Positions 26,959 to 37,861 of a DNA stretch of 64,000 nucleotides are shown in pieces. Both the position numbers and the translations under genes were made by a program. The notes beneath the pieces are model-generated. The model ran no database searches. It worked only from the letters and a program-made list of their open reading frames with translations, and was not told where the DNA came from. Each line of letters starts with the position of its first letter. Position 1 is the first letter of the stretch. Source of the DNA: Vicinamibacterales bacterium. GTDB lineage: Bacteria > Acidobacteriota > Vicinamibacteria > Vicinamibacterales > UBA8438. The stretch is taken from the NCBI GenBank assembly GCA_965247955.1, contig OZ252042.1, positions 608,802 through 672,801 of the forward strand. The letters are read 5' to 3'.

Positions 26959-28341
26959 CTAAAGTCCCGCGTCACGATCACCAACCTTGCGGTAGACGAT
27001 ACGCCCATCGGCAGTGATAAGAGCGATCAACGGTGATTGGGGATCGATGCGGCCGCCGAGGATCGTGTACAGGAACTCAGGATCTGTTGTCCCTGGAAGA
27101 ATGAAATCTGTTTCGATCGCCTTGATTGGCTGCCCTACGTTCTTGATTTGTCGCGATCCGTCGACCAGAAGGCGGTACTGCGGCATCTGATGCATCGTTG
27201 TAGCGAAGCGAAGCCTCCCGGGCGTCAGCGCCAAGGCTATAACCAGAATCAAGATAGCTGTCGGGACAACGAAGCGGGGAGGCGGCAGCGCCGTCGCCGC
27301 CAGCACGAACATCAATATGGCTGCCGGCATTAGTGATAAGTAGTAATAGTGGTTAAGGTCGCCAATGAATAGAGAATATCCGGTGACAGCAGCAGCCTGA
27401 GGCAACAGAGTCATCGCCAGTAATGAGTAATCGCGGCGATAACGGACAGCCACGATCCCTGCACAGGCGACGAGGATCCATCCAAAGAGCGGGATGTGCC
27501 ATGGCTCAATTGCAATAAAGTGGACGGCATCAACGTAACTCGAAACGCTATTAGCGATCGCGGGCTGTTCGCCTCCAGACAGGATCAGCCCTACGCTGTC
27601 AGACACACCGCCCATAGCGCGAACGTCGAACTTACCTGACAACCGGTGAGCCATATACGGTGCCTGTAGGAACACGACTACCATCACGATGACCGCTCCA
27701 GCTCGCCTCGCTCCACTCCAATTCCACTGAGCGATTGGTTCGGCAAGAATAGCGGTAAACACACTGATGCACACAAAGATCGCACCCGTGTATGCGTGAA
27801 CGGCGCTCCAGGCTACCGCAGCGGTCAACGCGACGCGAACCAGCGCTCCACGATGCCAGTCTAGAAAGACCAGCGCCATGGCGATCTTCGCCAGAGCCGA
27901 TCCCATGGTTGGATTCCAAACGAGTGCCGACAGAGCAAGATCGTACGCAGCCATAGAACCCAACACGGTAGTCGAAAGCGCGATCCAGGGTGACCGCGTA
28001 CGGCGCCAGATTGCGGCTAGGAGCAGTGCATCAGCTCCAGACTGCAGCATCGCCTGGCCGATGCCACCCGCGTGAGGCAGGTTTTGGAACCAAGGCCCAA
28101 CAGTCACACGAATAGCCCAAAGAATCCAGTAGAAGGCTGGACCGATCGTGTAGCCACCGAAATGGGTTAGAGACCCTACCAGAGGGAGCTCGGAGAAGGA
28201 ACCGAGGGCAATAGACCAGTCACGAATTTGGTCGTCGAGCAACCAGAAGTGGTTGCCAATTCCTCGAATGCGCAGGATAAGCGTGACCCCGAAGATCAGA
28301 GCCGCTACCAGCGTAATATTCCTGCCCAGCTTGATCTTCAT
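26959..28341 (-). CDS. polytopic membrane protein, possibly a lipid-linked-sugar-dependent glycosyltransferase (ArnT/PMT-like topology)
   Basis: It has roughly 10 TM helices plus a C-terminal soluble domain. I can name no catalytic motif, so the functional call is weak. Confidence 0.6.
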   Translation of the reverse strand: MKIKLGRNITLVAALIFGVTLILRIRGIGNHFWLLDDQIRDWSIALGSFSELPLVGSLTHFGGYTIGPAFYWILWAIRVTVGPWFQNLPHAGGIGQAMLQSGADALLLAAIWRRTRSPWIALSTTVLGSMAAYDLALSALVWNPTMGSALAKIAMALVFLDWHRGALVRVALTAAVAWSAVHAYTGAIFVCISVFTAILAEPIAQWNWSGARRAGAVIVMVVVFLQAPYMAHRLSGKFDVRAMGGVSDSVGLILSGGEQPAIANSVSSYVDAVHFIAIEPWHIPLFGWILVACAGIVAVRYRRDYSLLAMTLLPQAAAVTGYSLFIGDLNHYYYLSLMPAAILMFVLAATALPPPRFVVPTAILILVIALALTPGRLRFATTMHQMPQYRLLVDGSRQIKNVGQPIKAIETDFILPGTTDPEFLYTILGGRIDPQSPLIALITADGRIVYRKVGDRDAGL

Positions 28342-28548
28342 CCGTCCTGGACTGAACCCGCGCAGACGGGCATAGAATCCGATCCTACCGCTGGCTGCCT
28401 AAGGGTTCAACGCAGAAGCTTACGCGAGTACGCGGTGCGCGGATGGCATCGAACAACTGCCTATCGCGTTGAACGCATTCCCCGTAAAGATGCACGCGAT
28501 CAGCAATACTCTCCTCGAAGGTATTGGCCGTTGGTAAAGAGTTCTTGC

Positions 28549-29868
28549 TCACTCGCCTTTGATTCCGATGATCGCGTAGTCGAGATACGTAAACAGACGC
28601 TCATTTAACCGTTCGACGTTTGCGTTAATCGTGCGCACGACGTCAGCAAGTTCTGACGTTAGTCCTTCACTAGTGGCTAATTCAAGCCGCCCCGTTTCCG
28701 CAATAGGTGACCGGAAGTGCACGTCCACTTGCTCAAACCCGGCAGCCACGACCAAGAACTTGAGCGTCTCCGGGTGTAACGCGCGCACGTGGGTGATATC
28801 TCGGATGTAGCTCTCGAAGAACGCGACCCAACACGATGCATTAATCGTCTCGATGATAATTATTCCGCCCGACCGCAACTTGTTAAATGCGGTCTCCAAT
28901 AGTTTCACTAGGTGATCCGGCTCGAGGTGTTCGACGACCTGCAGTGCTGTTATCCCATCAAGGCTGTTGTCTGGCCTGCTAACGAGATAGGAGAACGCGT
29001 CCGTGTGGTACGCGCAAAGACCACGCGCCACGCAAACGTTAACCATTTCGGCATTGACGTCAATGCCGGTTGCCGTCACGCCGCGATCGCGGAGCAGGTC
29101 CAAAAGCTCACCGCGCCCGCAGCCGATATCGAGCACGTCTAACCTGCCGGCTAACCGATCGGCATAGTCCGCTTGTCGCGCACGAATGTTCTCTGGACTA
29201 CCACGAAACAGATCCTCGAACCCAATGTAGCCGGCGCCAAGAGCACCGCATTGTCCTGGCGAAGGCAGATTAGACGGCAACGTTTCTCGATGAAGCCCCG
29301 TCTCGGTTCCATGAGTTTCCTGCACTGAACCACTTAGCGCGTGCCGTTCCACGTCGTGCCGCGCCGCATTTGCAGCACGCCGTGCGGAGATGGCCGCCAT
29401 CCTTATTTCGTCGAGTGCCGCTTCGACTGATCGGATCTTCGTGTCGATAGATGGCGTAATCTTCTTGAGATACTCAATCAAGATCCAATCGAACTCCACC
29501 AGAGCTTGCAGGCCTTCTCGCTCGACGATGCGACCCTCCGCAAGCCGTCCTAACGCCTTCGCTGTCCGTTCGAGATCCTTAGCGATCTGTTCATTAAGTG
29601 CCTGTTGACGCGCAAAGCCCGGCTGAACGAGATTCCAGACAAAACGCGCTAGACGACCACGCCAACCAGACTGCCGAACAAGATCTGGAGGCTGCGCAAG
29701 TTGTTGATCGCGAATCCCGTGAGTATCGAGGTCGGTCGAAACCTCTGATGAAATCGTCGGTGATTCTGACACCCGAGGCAATGCCCGGTCCAATCGCGTC
29801 AGCGCGTCGTTATATCGGCGGTCGGCCGCCTCTCGTTCCTCGTTACAGTGCTCCACTTCGCCGCTCAT
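28549..29868 (-). CDS. class I SAM-dependent methyltransferase with a long N-terminal coiled-coil region
   Basis: The SAM motif I is VLDIGCGRGELLDLL, followed by a post-I acidic residue (GIDVN). The N-terminal ~200 aa are helical and charged. Confidence 0.8.
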   Translation of the reverse strand: MSGEVEHCNEEREAADRRYNDALTRLDRALPRVSESPTISSEVSTDLDTHGIRDQQLAQPPDLVRQSGWRGRLARFVWNLVQPGFARQQALNEQIAKDLERTAKALGRLAEGRIVEREGLQALVEFDWILIEYLKKITPSIDTKIRSVEAALDEIRMAAISARRAANAARHDVERHALSGSVQETHGTETGLHRETLPSNLPSPGQCGALGAGYIGFEDLFRGSPENIRARQADYADRLAGRLDVLDIGCGRGELLDLLRDRGVTATGIDVNAEMVNVCVARGLCAYHTDAFSYLVSRPDNSLDGITALQVVEHLEPDHLVKLLETAFNKLRSGGIIIIETINASCWVAFFESYIRDITHVRALHPETLKFLVVAAGFEQVDVHFRSPIAETGRLELATSEGLTSELADVVRTINANVERLNERLFTYLDYAIIGIKGE

Positions 29869-30084
29869 ATAGAACTCTTACAACTGCTAAGGCTTCTTGC
29901 AGAACCGACGCGGTGCATGGCTTAAGCGCCACCGGCGATAGGCAGGCCTGAAAAGACAGCACTCCGGTCCACCCGCTTTATTGTTAGTCATTATACGGGG
30001 GCCAGCAGCGCCCAGCAGCAGATGGTTGCTCTCCTGTGTAGTTCATGCCAGAGTATTTTGTCCAGTTACGTCTTGGAGGATTCA

Positions 30085-31386
30085 ATGCGCCGAGTCACGG
30101 CGGAATCGAATTCAGTCGTCTTTGTTACCGGTCTGCTGTCGGTCGGCTGTTTCCTAATAGCGGCATGTTCGACACCAGTAACAGACAAGACCCCCGTTCC
30201 AACCGTCGTCACGGCATTCGAAGGGGCACGTCTCATCGTAGGCGATGATAGCGTCCCGATCGAAAACAGCACATTCCTCGTCGAAGATACCAGATTTCTC
30301 CAGGTCGGGAGAACCAGTGACGTGGAAGTTCCCACCGGTGCTGTTCGGATTGACCTGACCGGTCGTACAGTCATCCCCGCGCTCATCGACACACACACTC
30401 ACCTCGGGCGAACACGGGAGGCGCTCGTTGAGGACTTGCAGCGGAAGGCGTACTATGCCGTCGGCGTGGCGATGAGTCTGGGCCAGGACTCTGGTGACCT
30501 GCCATTCCAGGTGAGAGAAGAGATAATCCCAGACGCGGCGCGATATCGCACCGCTGGGCGTGGAATTACGAGACGAGAGCCTGGACGCTCAGACATCCCG
30601 TACTGGATCTCTAGTGAAGACGAAGCCCGAACGGCCGTGCAGGAGCTCGCCTCTCTCAACGTAGACCTGGTTAAGATCTGGGTCGACGACCGAAATGGTC
30701 AATACGAAAAGCTCGCTCCCGAACTGTATGCCGCGATCATCGATGAAGCCCACCAGCACGGACTCCGCGTCACAGCCCATGTCTTTACGCTTGAGGATGC
30801 AAAGGGACTCTTACGTGCCGGAGTCGACGCGTTCGCTCATGGTATACGAGACAGGGACATCGACGACAAAGTCATTGGGCTGTTCAAAGAGCGTCCTAAC
30901 GTCGTCCTTGTTCCGAACCTTCCGAATCGAGGAGTAGTACAAGATCTCAGCTGGTTAAGCCAAACGATCCCAGACAAAGAGTTGCAAGATCTTGAGGATA
31001 CGTATACAGATCAGCCAGACGCACAAGAACTGTTCGGTATTCAGGCTCGAAATCTGGCACGACTCCATTCGGAGGGCGTACGGATAGCCTTCGGAACCGA
31101 TGGTGGCGCGGGATGGAGCCAACACATCGAGATGGAGGACATGGTGGCAGCAGGCATGACACCGGCTGAGGTCATCGTAGCCGCGACCCGTAATTCAGCC
31201 GACCTCTTGGGACTCCCCAACGTTGGCACAGTCGAAGCTGGTAAGAGTGCAGACTTCGTCGTGCTTGAGGCGAATCCATTGGACGACATCACCAACACGC
31301 GGCGCATTGCCTCAGTCTACCTGCGTGGAACAGCCGTCAACCGCCAAGCCCTAAGTGCAGCATGGCTCGCACAGAACTCGCAGTAA
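30085..31386 (+). CDS. amidohydrolase-family lipoprotein
   Basis: The ATG at 30085 has GGAGGA 4 nt upstream. A lipobox is present (FLIAAC|S). It carries the metal-binding PALIDTHTHL motif and later the GTDGG and AGKSADFVVL motifs typical of the amidohydrolase superfamily. Confidence 0.85.
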   Translation: MRRVTAESNSVVFVTGLLSVGCFLIAACSTPVTDKTPVPTVVTAFEGARLIVGDDSVPIENSTFLVEDTRFLQVGRTSDVEVPTGAVRIDLTGRTVIPALIDTHTHLGRTREALVEDLQRKAYYAVGVAMSLGQDSGDLPFQVREEIIPDAARYRTAGRGITRREPGRSDIPYWISSEDEARTAVQELASLNVDLVKIWVDDRNGQYEKLAPELYAAIIDEAHQHGLRVTAHVFTLEDAKGLLRAGVDAFAHGIRDRDIDDKVIGLFKERPNVVLVPNLPNRGVVQDLSWLSQTIPDKELQDLEDTYTDQPDAQELFGIQARNLARLHSEGVRIAFGTDGGAGWSQHIEMEDMVAAGMTPAEVIVAATRNSADLLGLPNVGTVEAGKSADFVVLEANPLDDITNTRRIASVYLRGTAVNRQALSAAWLAQNSQ

Positions 31387-31401
31387 AGACGCCAGGCCGG
31401 A

Positions 31402-32376
31402 TCATCGACACCCATTCCTCAGGCAAGGCCATCTACTAGCGAATATCTTGGTACCACTTTGCAGTCGCTGTGATCCCCTCGTCAAAAGACGTCGGGTTAG
31501 CCAAAAACCGCTTGCGAACTTCGTGTGGTCGACACGAAACGGCCGATCCCACTCGTACATCATCTCCTTCAGCTCACGGACATTCGAGCTAAACAGACCG
31601 ACGACGGAAAGCATGACCGACGGCATGACGGAGATCTTGAGCTTCTTGCCAACGGCTTTGGCGAACATCTGTAGCACCTCGCGCATGGTTAACTCAGGAG
31701 CGTTAGGCACATGCCAAGCTTGTCCCATCGCGTCGTCGTCGGCCTCACCGATCGACACCAGGGCACGGGCGATGTCCGGCACGTAGGTAAAAGCGTGGAC
31801 CTGATCGACGTCGCCCAGACACTGAGCCGCCTTTCCGCTCGAAACGCGGCCGAACGTGAAATCACCGAGCGCTGACAGCGTGACGCCTGGCCCGTAGAAA
31901 TCACTGGCTCGCACAGCGGCGGCCTGGACACGACCCGCCACGTGAGCTTCCTGCCACATTCGGGTGAGCCGAGCCCTGGTCGCCGGCCTAACACCGTAGT
32001 CAGTCAGTGGCAGATCCTCGGTCAGGACTACATCACTCGGACCATACATATAGAGGTTGTCCATAAAAACGAAGCGGGCGCGAGCGGCCTCGGCTCCAGC
32101 GAGCATACCCGCCATCATTGGCGGCCACAACCCGGCCCAGTTTCCATCGTCAAGGTCAACACAGCCGTAGACAACACCGGCCCCCTCACAGACTCGCTTC
32201 GCATCATCGGGGAGGGAGACGTCGGCTGCCACCACCTCGACCACATCCAGTGCGCGCACCTGGACGCGGCGGGTGACAATTCGGACTTGGCGGCCCTGTT
32301 CGACAAGTCGCTCGACAAGCACGCGAGCTACCGGCCCGGCCCCAAGGACGACATTCAGTTTCTCAGATGGATGCAT
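31402..32376 (-). CDS. NAD(P)-binding epimerase/dehydratase-like SDR-family protein
   Basis: It has the N-terminal Rossmann motif VVLGAGPVARVLVERL and a length of about 320 aa. Confidence 0.7.
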   Translation of the reverse strand: MHPSEKLNVVLGAGPVARVLVERLVEQGRQVRIVTRRVQVRALDVVEVVAADVSLPDDAKRVCEGAGVVYGCVDLDDGNWAGLWPPMMAGMLAGAEAARARFVFMDNLYMYGPSDVVLTEDLPLTDYGVRPATRARLTRMWQEAHVAGRVQAAAVRASDFYGPGVTLSALGDFTFGRVSSGKAAQCLGDVDQVHAFTYVPDIARALVSIGEADDDAMGQAWHVPNAPELTMREVLQMFAKAVGKKLKISVMPSVMLSVVGLFSSNVRELKEMMYEWDRPFRVDHTKFASGFWLTRRLLTRGSQRLQSGTKIFASRWPCLRNGCR

Positions 32377-32421
32377 CTCAACAGCCAGTAAGATCGTAAG
32401 CCAGTCAACATCAGCACATTA

Positions 32422-32712
32422 CTAAGACTGCGCGGCGTCGCAGGGATCAGTTTCGGCCCCAGGGCTACAAGCAGGAGCCTCATCCTCCCCGCTGTATTCG
32501 TCAGATTCATTGCCAACTGTCGTTGGGCTACCCACCCGCTGAGGCATCAGTAGACCAGCCGGTTTACGCCATACAGTTACCACATTGTCGCTCGTTAATA
32601 CGCGAAAAGTCAGAAGTCTATTGGCAGGACTGGAAGCAGGCGGCTCAGCTAAGAGTACCAACCCGAGCAATAACACGACCGGCGGTGCCACCACTAACAG
32701 CCGTCTCAGCAC
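32422..32712 (-). CDS. small secreted hypothetical protein
   Basis: The N-terminus is signal-peptide-like (MLRRLLVVAPPVVLLLGLVLLA) and the C-terminus is acidic and Cys-containing. There is no other support. Confidence 0.3.
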   Translation of the reverse strand: MLRRLLVVAPPVVLLLGLVLLAEPPASSPANRLLTFRVLTSDNVVTVWRKPAGLLMPQRVGSPTTVGNESDEYSGEDEAPACSPGAETDPCDAAQS

Positions 32713-32742
32713 GTTGTACAGGAGCGTTATCGCTCCGCCCGC

Positions 32743-33660
32743 CTATTGCTCTAAGCGTCGCCCGATAAAGATGCGGACGGAAACATCAGGGCGATTCACG
32801 CTAACTCTGAGCGAAGCCCTCGGGTTATCACTCTGCCGCTCGAAGACCACCCGATACCGATCGGACATCAGATCGTAGTGCTCGCCCATCTTAGTGGCGT
32901 ACTCTGTCAGCGTTTCTGGCAGACCCGTAATAGATGCTAGGGCCGTGAACAGGCCGCCAGTGTTCTGCGTAATGGAAGCAAGTACTGGGCTCACGCTCGC
33001 AATACGCCCCGATACGATCACAGCGTGCACGCTTACGGCCTGGTCGATCAGGCTTTGGTGAAATTGACCATATTGAGCCCGTGTCATGTTCCGGCTCACA
33101 TCCTCTCTATCGGCAACGATGACCACGAAGACGGGCCAGAAGTCCTCCTTATCGAAGCGACGACGCAAGGTTTCGCGCAACCCGTCCATAAAGACATTAC
33201 CGGCGTTCCGGCGAACAAAGATGGTCTCAGAGTCCTTCTTGAGCTCGGTGCGATCAGTCGTAAAATCAACACGCAAACGAACCTGTCCAGTAACCGTCAA
33301 TAGGCCGATCTCGTGCTGCGAGGGTAATGTATCGAAAAACACTGCCAGTCCTTCACGCAGTGCAAAGATGTCTACGCCAACAGCGTCACCGATGTCCAAT
33401 AGTATCGCGACCTTCATCGGCTGTGTGCCGAACTGGGCGCTAACGACCTTCGTTCTTAACCTGTCCTCTTCGACAATAAACTCTTCGGCTGTCATGTCGG
33501 TTACTGGCTCACCATCTTGATCTAGAACTTGCACGAAGATTTGGCTCTGATCAGGCTGGGCCTGGGCGACACCAGATAAACTAGCCGTTAGCCCAACAAT
33601 AAATGCGACAACGATGACCACAGGTAGAGGAGCGGGCTGGCAGAAGTTCATCGATTTCAT
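32743..33660 (-). CDS. VWFA-related domain protein (Acidobacterial type), MIDAS motif degenerate
   Basis: It has a signal peptide. The segment FVQVLDQDGEPVTDMTAEEFIVEEDRLRTKVV resembles the N-terminal module of the VWFA-related Acidobacterial domain family. The DxSxS position reads DIGDA. Confidence 0.65.
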   Translation of the reverse strand: MKSMNFCQPAPLPVVIVVAFIVGLTASLSGVAQAQPDQSQIFVQVLDQDGEPVTDMTAEEFIVEEDRLRTKVVSAQFGTQPMKVAILLDIGDAVGVDIFALREGLAVFFDTLPSQHEIGLLTVTGQVRLRVDFTTDRTELKKDSETIFVRRNAGNVFMDGLRETLRRRFDKEDFWPVFVVIVADREDVSRNMTRAQYGQFHQSLIDQAVSVHAVIVSGRIASVSPVLASITQNTGGLFTALASITGLPETLTEYATKMGEHYDLMSDRYRVVFERQSDNPRASLRVSVNRPDVSVRIFIGRRLEQ

Positions 33661-33689
33661 TCCTTTGCACTCGGAGTATACCGTTTACA

Positions 33690-34769
33690 ATGGTAACTTT
33701 GTTTATGTCCTATTTCCGACCGGTAATTGACGACCTTGATGTCTACGAGCCTGGCGAACAGCCGTACGCGGGTATCGACGTGGTCAAGTTGAACACAAAC
33801 GAGAACCCGTATGCGCCCAGTGCCGCAGCGGTCGAGGCGCTCAGGACCATGGACGCCGACCGGTTGCGACTTTATCCTCAACCGTTGGCTGACGACTTTC
33901 GGCAAGCCGCGGCCGAGGTGCTGAATGTCGATCCGTCCTGGATCCTCGTAGGTAACGGTAGCGACGACTTGTTGACGATGCTGCTCCGGGCGGTCGCCGA
34001 CAGCAACCGTGCCGTCGCGTATCCCGTGCCGACTTACGCACTCTACCGAACACTCGCACAAATCCAGAACGCCACCATCATTGAACTTCCTTTCGATGAC
34101 GCTTACACGCTACCCGTCGAGGCACTCGCTGACGCCAATGCCCCACTCACACTGGTGGCTAACCCTAATAGCCCGTCGGGAACCCGTGCACCAAACGATA
34201 CTCTGGCGGTGTTAGCCGAACGACTCTCAGGGGTGTTGGCCATCGACGAAGCATATGTTGAATTTGCGACTGACAACGCCCTCGAGCTCACACGGCGGTT
34301 CGATAACGTGATCGTTCTCCGCACCCTCTCGAAGAGTCATTCACTGGCTGGCTTGCGCCTGGGTTTTGGCGTCGCTCGGCCCGCACTACTCGACGGACTG
34401 GCAAAGGTCAAGGACAGCTACAACGTCGACGCCGTGGCGGCCAGGGTTGGCGCCGTGGCGATTCGGGACACCGCCCATACCCGTGCAACCATTAATCGGA
34501 TCAGCCAGTCCAGGAAACGGCTCGCGGCGGGACTCGCTTCGCACAGGTTCCGTGTATGGCCGAGCGAGGCCAACTTCCTACTTGTTCAGCCACCGGATGG
34601 CACGGCGGCACAACTCTACCGCGATCTAAAAACTAAAGGCATTCTGGTCCGTTACTTCGCACAACCTGCACTCAGCGATAAACTGCGCATCACAATCGGA
34701 ACTGATGCCCAAAACGACCGTCTACTCGCAGCCATAACAGAGCTTGGCCTGCAATGGAGTAAGCGATGA
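33690..34769 (+). CDS. hisC: histidinol-phosphate aminotransferase
   Basis: LNTNENPYAPS, IDEAY.EF and SKSHSLAGLRLGF (PLP Lys) motifs are present. The start may instead be the ATG at 33705. Confidence 0.9.
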   Translation: MVTLFMSYFRPVIDDLDVYEPGEQPYAGIDVVKLNTNENPYAPSAAAVEALRTMDADRLRLYPQPLADDFRQAAAEVLNVDPSWILVGNGSDDLLTMLLRAVADSNRAVAYPVPTYALYRTLAQIQNATIIELPFDDAYTLPVEALADANAPLTLVANPNSPSGTRAPNDTLAVLAERLSGVLAIDEAYVEFATDNALELTRRFDNVIVLRTLSKSHSLAGLRLGFGVARPALLDGLAKVKDSYNVDAVAARVGAVAIRDTAHTRATINRISQSRKRLAAGLASHRFRVWPSEANFLLVQPPDGTAAQLYRDLKTKGILVRYFAQPALSDKLRITIGTDAQNDRLLAAITELGLQWSKR

Positions 34770-35782
34770 ACGGACTCCTGGTTCGCCTGGCGTACCTGGT
34801 GGTGTCACTGTCTGTTTTTTCACCACCGATTATTGCACTCGCAAGCACACAGGCCCTGCACAACCGCTACGAGCTTGACCGCCAACGGAAAGCAGAACGT
34901 GACCGCACATTCGCGAAGCTCAGCGAGGGCCTCTTAACGATGAAGAAGTCCTCCTATGAGAGCCGGGTCGACGGTCTCGAAATTCCTTTTTACATATTCG
35001 AACCACTCAAGCTGCGGGGAGCCGCTGGGCACGCTGCACTAATCTGGATCCATGGGGGCGTGCACGGCGACCTCGATCCTACCTACTTCCCTTTCATCAA
35101 AGAGGCGGTCGAACGCGGGTACGTCGTCTTAGCGCCAGAGTACCGGGGCAGTACCGGATACGGCCAGGCCCACCACGAAGCGATCGACTACGGTGGTTAC
35201 GAAGTAGCAGACTGTCTCACGGCCGTGGATTATATGAAGACCAACCTGCCATATGTTGACCCAGATCGGCTCGGCATCATTGGCTGGAGCCACGGCGGTT
35301 TCATCACGTTGCATTCGGTTTTCCGAGACCAGACTGCGTTCAGAGCAGCCGCAGCTCTAGTGCCGGTGACCAACCTCGTGTTTCGTCTAGCTTACAAAGG
35401 TCCCAGCTACGCCCTGAACTTCGTCACGCAGGATCGGATAGACGGCCCGGTTCACGAGCGACGGGATGTTTATGTCGAGCGATCACCGTTGTATCACGTC
35501 GAAAAGCTGCAAACACCCCTCCTTGTGCATATCGCCGACAACGACCAAGATGTCAACTTCGAGGAGGCACAGCAGCTCATCCATGCACTCGAGTACGCAA
35601 AGCCCGATCTAGCAGAAACCCGCATCTATCGTGCACCAACGGTCGACCAACACGGCGATGGACATCGGTTTAATCGCCGAGTGGACCATAAAAACGGCTA
35701 TGTACGGGTTGATAGTAAGGCGCAACGTGATTCGTGGAACCGAATCTGGACCTTCCTGGAATGGCATCTGGATCCCTCTTAG
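34766..35782 (+). CDS. S9-family (prolyl oligopeptidase/dienelactone hydrolase-like) alpha/beta hydrolase
   Basis: It has a signal peptide and the nucleophile elbow GWSHGGF. A downstream D and H lie in context (HIADNDQDV, GDGHRF). It overlaps hisC by 4 nt (ATGA). Confidence 0.8.
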   Translation: MNGLLVRLAYLVVSLSVFSPPIIALASTQALHNRYELDRQRKAERDRTFAKLSEGLLTMKKSSYESRVDGLEIPFYIFEPLKLRGAAGHAALIWIHGGVHGDLDPTYFPFIKEAVERGYVVLAPEYRGSTGYGQAHHEAIDYGGYEVADCLTAVDYMKTNLPYVDPDRLGIIGWSHGGFITLHSVFRDQTAFRAAAALVPVTNLVFRLAYKGPSYALNFVTQDRIDGPVHERRDVYVERSPLYHVEKLQTPLLVHIADNDQDVNFEEAQQLIHALEYAKPDLAETRIYRAPTVDQHGDGHRFNRRVDHKNGYVRVDSKAQRDSWNRIWTFLEWHLDPS

Positions 35783-35838
35783 ATCGGTGACGCAGTTCCA
35801 GGATTCAGGAAAGCACAAGGACCATCGCACCGGAGATC

Positions 35839-36456
35839 TTGTACGCTGCTTCCATGCCTGGTCGAGACCTCCTGGCGATTGATATCGCCATCCTCCTGCC
35901 AGCTACGGCCCATGCACGCGTCAAAAATCTTAACGCGGCGCTCGACGGCCCGCCCGCAGGTTTCCGGTTCGACGCAACCCACCTACCCCATATCACGCTG
36001 GTCCAGCAATTCCTCCACAAGGACCGGTTCGATGAGCTGACCGCGGCTATCAATTCGTTGTTGCTCGGAGTCACGCCAATCGAGCTCTCGACAACGACCG
36101 TCACCACTGGACGGACCGCATCAATCCTCACGGTGGTGTCCGAATCGCTTGTGGACCTGCACCGCCGCCTGATGGAACGGCTTGAATTCTTTGAAATCAC
36201 CAAAGGATCAGGGGAGGCTTTCTACGCCGACGAGGAAGAGCCTCGCCCCGCTGACGTCGAGTGGGTCACTCGCTACCGAACCCGATCTAGCAACGGTTCC
36301 TATCAACCACATGTGACCCTCGGGATCGGAACGGTCTCGATTGCCGTCGAACCCCTGCGATTCACGGCCACACAGGTCGCCGTCTGTCACCTCGGGCGCT
36401 TCTGTACATGCCGCGCCGTATTTCACGATTGGACGTTGACAGGCTGTAGCGTTTAA
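35839..36456 (+). CDS. 2H-phosphoesterase superfamily protein (LigT/cyclic phosphodiesterase-like)
   Basis: Two HxTx motifs are present (PHITLVQQ and PHVTLGIG) with the expected spacing. Confidence 0.7.
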   Translation: MYAASMPGRDLLAIDIAILLPATAHARVKNLNAALDGPPAGFRFDATHLPHITLVQQFLHKDRFDELTAAINSLLLGVTPIELSTTTVTTGRTASILTVVSESLVDLHRRLMERLEFFEITKGSGEAFYADEEEPRPADVEWVTRYRTRSSNGSYQPHVTLGIGTVSIAVEPLRFTATQVAVCHLGRFCTCRAVFHDWTLTGCSV

Positions 36457-36502
36457 TGAATGGTTCTAGGATTCGGGACTCCAGGTTTAAATGGAGGTTG
36501 GC

Positions 36503-37249
36503 ATGAAGTGGCGCATTCTCGTGGCAGCATTGTGGATTGGACTCGCGGCCTGCGGAACGGATGACACGGACCAGGCAGAATTAGTCGGAATGGCGCAAAG
36601 GGCAACCGATAACGCTTCGGTCGTGACCGAAGCAGACATCCCTTTTGATGTCGAGAAAGGATCCTGGTCCCGTCTCCCATTACCTCATCGTGAGAATATG
36701 GACACTGAAGGGAAGCACGCCTTCGACGTGATCGTTAACCCGAACAGCCGATATGCGGATGGGCTCAGAGGACCAATCGCGATGTTGCTGTACAGCCCGA
36801 CGATAGCTAAACACATCTTCCCGGCCAGCAGCTATCTGCGTTACGGCACCGAGAAGGACCCGCGGCTCACAGAGCTGGCCATCCTTGCCACGACGCGGGA
36901 AATGCGAAGTCAATACGCATGGACGTTGCACGAGCTGGCCGCGCGCCGCGCCCTTCTAGAACCGCAGATTATTGACCTCCTCAAACGCCGGTCTCCGCTC
37001 GCCAATGCTAGTGACGTACCTGGACTCGGCGATACTGAGCGGGTGATCATCAAGTTTGTGCGCGAGGTGATGAGCGAGAAAAAGGTGAATGCGACCACAT
37101 TCGCCCAAGCGAGAGAGCTCTTGGGTGAAAAAGGAGTGATGGATCTAGCCGGGCTGGTCGGCTACTACAATTTCGTCAACATTACGATCAAGAGCTTTGA
37201 CGTGCAGTTGGCTCCTGGAAGCGAACGGCTGCTGCCCGATCTTTGGTAG
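36503..37249 (+). CDS. carboxymuconolactone decarboxylase (AhpD-like) family lipoprotein
   Basis: The ATG at 36503 is preceded by GGAGG 5 nt upstream. A lipobox is present (IGLAAC|G). The core LAILATTREMRSQYAWTLHELAARRA resembles the CMD family. Confidence 0.6.
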   Translation: MKWRILVAALWIGLAACGTDDTDQAELVGMAQRATDNASVVTEADIPFDVEKGSWSRLPLPHRENMDTEGKHAFDVIVNPNSRYADGLRGPIAMLLYSPTIAKHIFPASSYLRYGTEKDPRLTELAILATTREMRSQYAWTLHELAARRALLEPQIIDLLKRRSPLANASDVPGLGDTERVIIKFVREVMSEKKVNATTFAQARELLGEKGVMDLAGLVGYYNFVNITIKSFDVQLAPGSERLLPDLW

Positions 37250-37435
37250 GCGGCTGACAGCTCTGTTTGTCCGCTAATCCCTTGCCAGGCACGACCGTGC
37301 GGTGGCTCTGCCCGGAGTAGCTGTTACGATCGGCCTCGAGTGAATTTACCTCTTCCGCATGGCTAGCTCCTTGTCTAAGATGAGCGAAATGACGTTGGCA
37401 GTTTGAGGTTGACTTATGTTTTTGAGAAACGTCTG

Positions 37436-37861
37436 ATGGAGCACGTTGTGACCACGGCACCTCTCCTCTTTCTCTCGGCATCCGGTTTCGTAATTGCAAC
37501 ATACTTCACGTCTGTTGCGTACCGATGGATTCGGGCCGACGAAAAGTGGATTCCAGCTTTCTGCCGCATGGAGGAACAAACCTGCGCATCGATCGTCTTC
37601 ACCCCTCAGGCTCGTGTTTTCGGACTTCCAAACTCGGTGCTCGGCATAGTGTTCTATGCAGCCATCCTCGGCAGCGCGCCTGTGGGGTTCCTTGATCGCC
37701 AATTAATCTGGGTGCTCTTCCTGGGAGCAAGTGTCGTCTCGGTAGCGCTTGGAGTTTATCTGGCGCACTCGCTCTTATTCGTCATTAGAGTTCCCTGTAA
37801 GCTGTGTTTCGCGGCACACGGAATTAACACGGCGATCTTGTTGCTCCTACTGTTGCAATAG
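37436..37861 (+). CDS. vitamin K epoxide reductase (VKOR) family membrane protein
   Basis: It has four TM helices, loop Cys residues (FCRMEEQTCASIV), an S..FG.PNS.LG motif and the CxxC motif (CKLC) in the last helix region. Confidence 0.75.
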   Translation: MEHVVTTAPLLFLSASGFVIATYFTSVAYRWIRADEKWIPAFCRMEEQTCASIVFTPQARVFGLPNSVLGIVFYAAILGSAPVGFLDRQLIWVLFLGASVVSVALGVYLAHSLLFVIRVPCKLCFAAHGINTAILLLLLLQ